A program made the position numbers and the translations under genes. The notes beneath the pieces are model-generated. The model saw nothing but the letters and a program-made list of their open reading frames with translations. It made no database searches and had not been told where the DNA came from. From positions 1-44,713 of IMG/VR virus record IMGVR_UViG_3300043414_001003: DNA of 44,713 nucleotides. One strand, 5' to 3'. The DNA comes from a virus (Duplodnaviria; Caudoviricetes). This document shows positions 44,301 through 44,713 of this stretch, one piece after another (within the stretch, counting starts at the first letter, position 1; the number at the start of each line of letters is the position of its first letter).

Positions 44301-44711
44301 TCTTGCTGAATCTACTCTTACCCCGTATGTATTTGCTCCATTCCAACCCATCAGTGTTGGGTAATTGTTATTCCATGCTATTTGAGCATTACCATTGTTT
44401 ATTGATGTACCTGAAGGACTGGTACTATTAGATGCATCAAATATAGTATTTCCATTACCATACTTTGTCCACATCAATTCTCCGGCAACTACATTATTAG
44501 TGACCCCAAAGTAATTTGCTCTATTCGACGCAAGTGTATTAGCATAACTTGCTAAATTACTGTAAGCGGTATAGTTTCCGTATGTTGAGTAATTTGCATT
44601 TGCTACTTCACCTGATACGTTAGCACCATTTACTGAATAAGCAGTGCCTGCAAAGTTTGCATAGTTAGCATTACCTATATTGCTTAATAATCCGCCGTCG
44701 CCGCTGAAGTA
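38370..44711 (-). CDS. Giant repeat-rich tail fibre/adhesin with two LamG-like domains (5' end outside window)
   Basis: Frame stays open from 44477 to the window end (YFSGDGGLLSNIGNANYANFAG...); ANYAN repeats; two FT(V/I)ExW/F...WYHIA LamG-like domains. Confidence 0.8.
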   Translation of the reverse strand, partial: YFSGDGGLLSNIGNANYANFAGTAYSVNGANVSGEVANANYSTYGNYTAYSNLASYANTLASNRANYFGVTNNVVAGELMWTKYGNGNTIFDASNSTSPSGTSINNGNAQIAWNNNYPTLMGWNGANTYGVRVDSARIADLANLSTYANIVTDHAQPNITSLGNLTNLVVEGNISSVNIISANTVNANIANANTINANLVAGNYVSGDGYLLSNLSISGGSSIFNGNSNVVVAANSNVSTSVAGNANVVVVTGTGMNVAGTFNTTGNVNVGNLQIGTAVGGTITGANAIVANFFVGNGALLTGISTSPNSIFNGNSNVNIATANGNVTVSVNNVANVFVVSATGVTANYYSGNGGGLSNIAAANIVGNVANANYANIAGTAYSVAGANVSGNVATANYANYAGTAFAVAGANVSGNVANANYANIAGTAYAVDGANVSGNVATANYANYAGTAFAIDGANVSNTVANANFALYSNLASFANIVTDAAQPNITSLGNLTQLTVTGNTLIAGNLTVSGNISYVNVEQLYVTDPIIEMGGSANGSPLTTNDGKDRGTLLYYYNGAPIEAFMGWDNSNSEFILGSNVTNSSDVITVNTYGNVRANVFIGNLSGNANNSNYLNGITANGLFNNMGLNLTTYNNFNTPNNFGYQYIFGNTNGPDTGGTQFYTVASGIGGDYPYSDYAQQMAINRFTAGGDPYLTVRQKEAGVWGIWTKLYAGYADSANTANYSANAGYANTANLANYATNAGYADSANLSTYSTNSNYANIIVDNAQPNITSVGTLIDLNVSGNIIAANFTANTGFFTGDGAGLSNINGANVVGNISGNIANANYALYSNLASFSNTFASNITNYFGVTNDAVAGQLMWTKYGNNHTVFDASNGTTPTGTVINTGDATMPWSNTSYYAPTLMGWSGTDTYGVRVDSARISDFTANANYANFAGTAYSVDGANVSGEVANANYATYGNYSDYSNSANYSGTFASNNTNYFGTTNDAVSGQLMWTKYGNNHTIFDASNGTAPNGTVINDANATVIWTNAYPTLMGWNGTDSYGVRVDSSRVADIANSIIAANVTGLGNVALANFDGSSSNVLYGNGVFAPAANLSSISNGTSNVVIDLNGNVSTSVAGNANIFVVTGVGANLTGSLGVVGNASITGGIDLTSNIYFDNSLTGLISNAAPITITPAPYAGIFNGTSDYLTAPSNTVYEFGTGDFTVEGWYYWNTFDNNVDSALILLGQGANGGGINSSWWMRYYSGPYGGGPYLSWYRTNGTPPEINYIFPITLNAGQWYHIACTRSGTDLRFFVNGTQVGATQTCTTDYTIVNGDPLQIGKANTGNSPGNHYLNGYATNIRVVKGIAVYTSNFTPSTTSLTATQAADTNGNPSAAITGTETSLLILQNSTLIDNSSYNFTLTNYGVTTYLLGNSGQFIFDGVSAWKSTSINVLGNATANFFIGDGSNISNIAGANIIGEVSNANYASFSNIANIAFSVDLANVVGIGNIASINIDGSSSNVLYGNGVFAPGGGGGSGSSIANGTSNVNIDTIDGNVTTSVSGNANVVIVTGTGINVAGTINTSGNANVGNLNIGTGVGGSLTGANSITANYFIGNGSLLTGISVSSISNGNSNVIVSANGNVSTSVAGNANVFVVTSNGANVNGNVNFNYVDTGLVGLANVFGQPTYYGDFTAAPPYGGAYLTVDNNASLFDQNGAFTIECFFYPRDWAGLNLPEYIWNFAFTDGWFCRWNESGTGHFDVGTQQYGIRITSSDTFTVLNQWYHIALSSDGTTTRLFINGVLQGTYAGTGGTIPNPQTLIIALAGNGPYDYAVNGKISNFRFVKDVAVYTENFVVPGGPLPENQLANINGYPSAAISAGQTSLLTLQDSAINDNSTYALTVTNSGVTTASIDKIWSEGSFTYNGISWYTAQNITANFFIGDGSNISNIAAANIIGEIANANYANYAGTAFAVDVANVVGIGNVALANFDGNSSNILYGNGVFAPGGGGGSGTAITNGTSNVTVELDGNVLTSVAGNANIFVVTGIGANINGDLTVANISNLGNVGNVKITGGANGQILQTDGTGNLNWYNKPSGGTGFIYVYTRSSGAIEVQLTNSVLNIVGRSGNIPVPIS
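43330..43625 (-). repeat. 72-bp (24-aa) tandem repeat with 144-bp higher-order period
   Basis: Units NVSGNVA(T/N)ANYAN(Y/I)AGTA(F/Y)xxxGA alternate; identical blocks at 43371/43515 and 43422/43566. Confidence 0.9.
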
Positions 44712-44713
44712 AT

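Noticed and set aside
30496-44711. Diversity-generating retroelement targeting the fibres
   Set aside because: No reverse transcriptase, and no repeat pair differing only at adenines was noticed in this window.
1-44713. Stop-codon recoding
   Set aside because: Genes are full-length under the standard bacterial code with tight packing, and no suppressor tRNA was seen.

Overview
AT-rich fragment of a large T4-like/jumbo tailed-phage genome. Evidence: TAAATA late-promoter motifs, PAAR, tail-fibre-like genes, class Ia RNR and no cellular housekeeping context. A proteobacterial host is inferred from IscU, AhpD and NrdAB. Layout: (1) 1-19.2 kb is an accessory modification-enzyme island (5 radical SAM genes, 2 of them B12-type; 5 HxD...H 2OG/Fe(II)-oxygenase-like genes; 2 methyltransferases; sulfotransferase-like, PLP enzyme, PP-loop ATPase, GNATs, desaturase, SDR, SGNH-like). 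(2) It is interrupted at 3.1-7.3 kb by a minus-strand stable-RNA operon with 13 CCA-encoding tRNAs, an RNase P RNA and several unidentified stem-closed RNAs. (3) 19.2-21.2 kb is a redox/Fe-S block (AhpD-like, rubredoxin, rubrerythrin, IscU). (4) 21.8-30.1 kb holds a cell-wall hydrolase, a large structural protein, PAAR, glutaredoxin, nrdB and nrdA. (5) 30.1-44.7 kb holds Gly-rich and Asn-rich tail-fibre/adhesin genes, the last running off the window. Best candidate for an undescribed system: upstream of the tRNA operon, a 44-codon leader ORF using all 20 amino acids and 36 different codons overlaps an antiterminator that is mutually exclusive with an intrinsic terminator. This is a putative 'pan-codon' attenuator that would switch on phage tRNAs when any host tRNA is depleted. 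All calls were made by eye from motifs; no database search or folding program was run.
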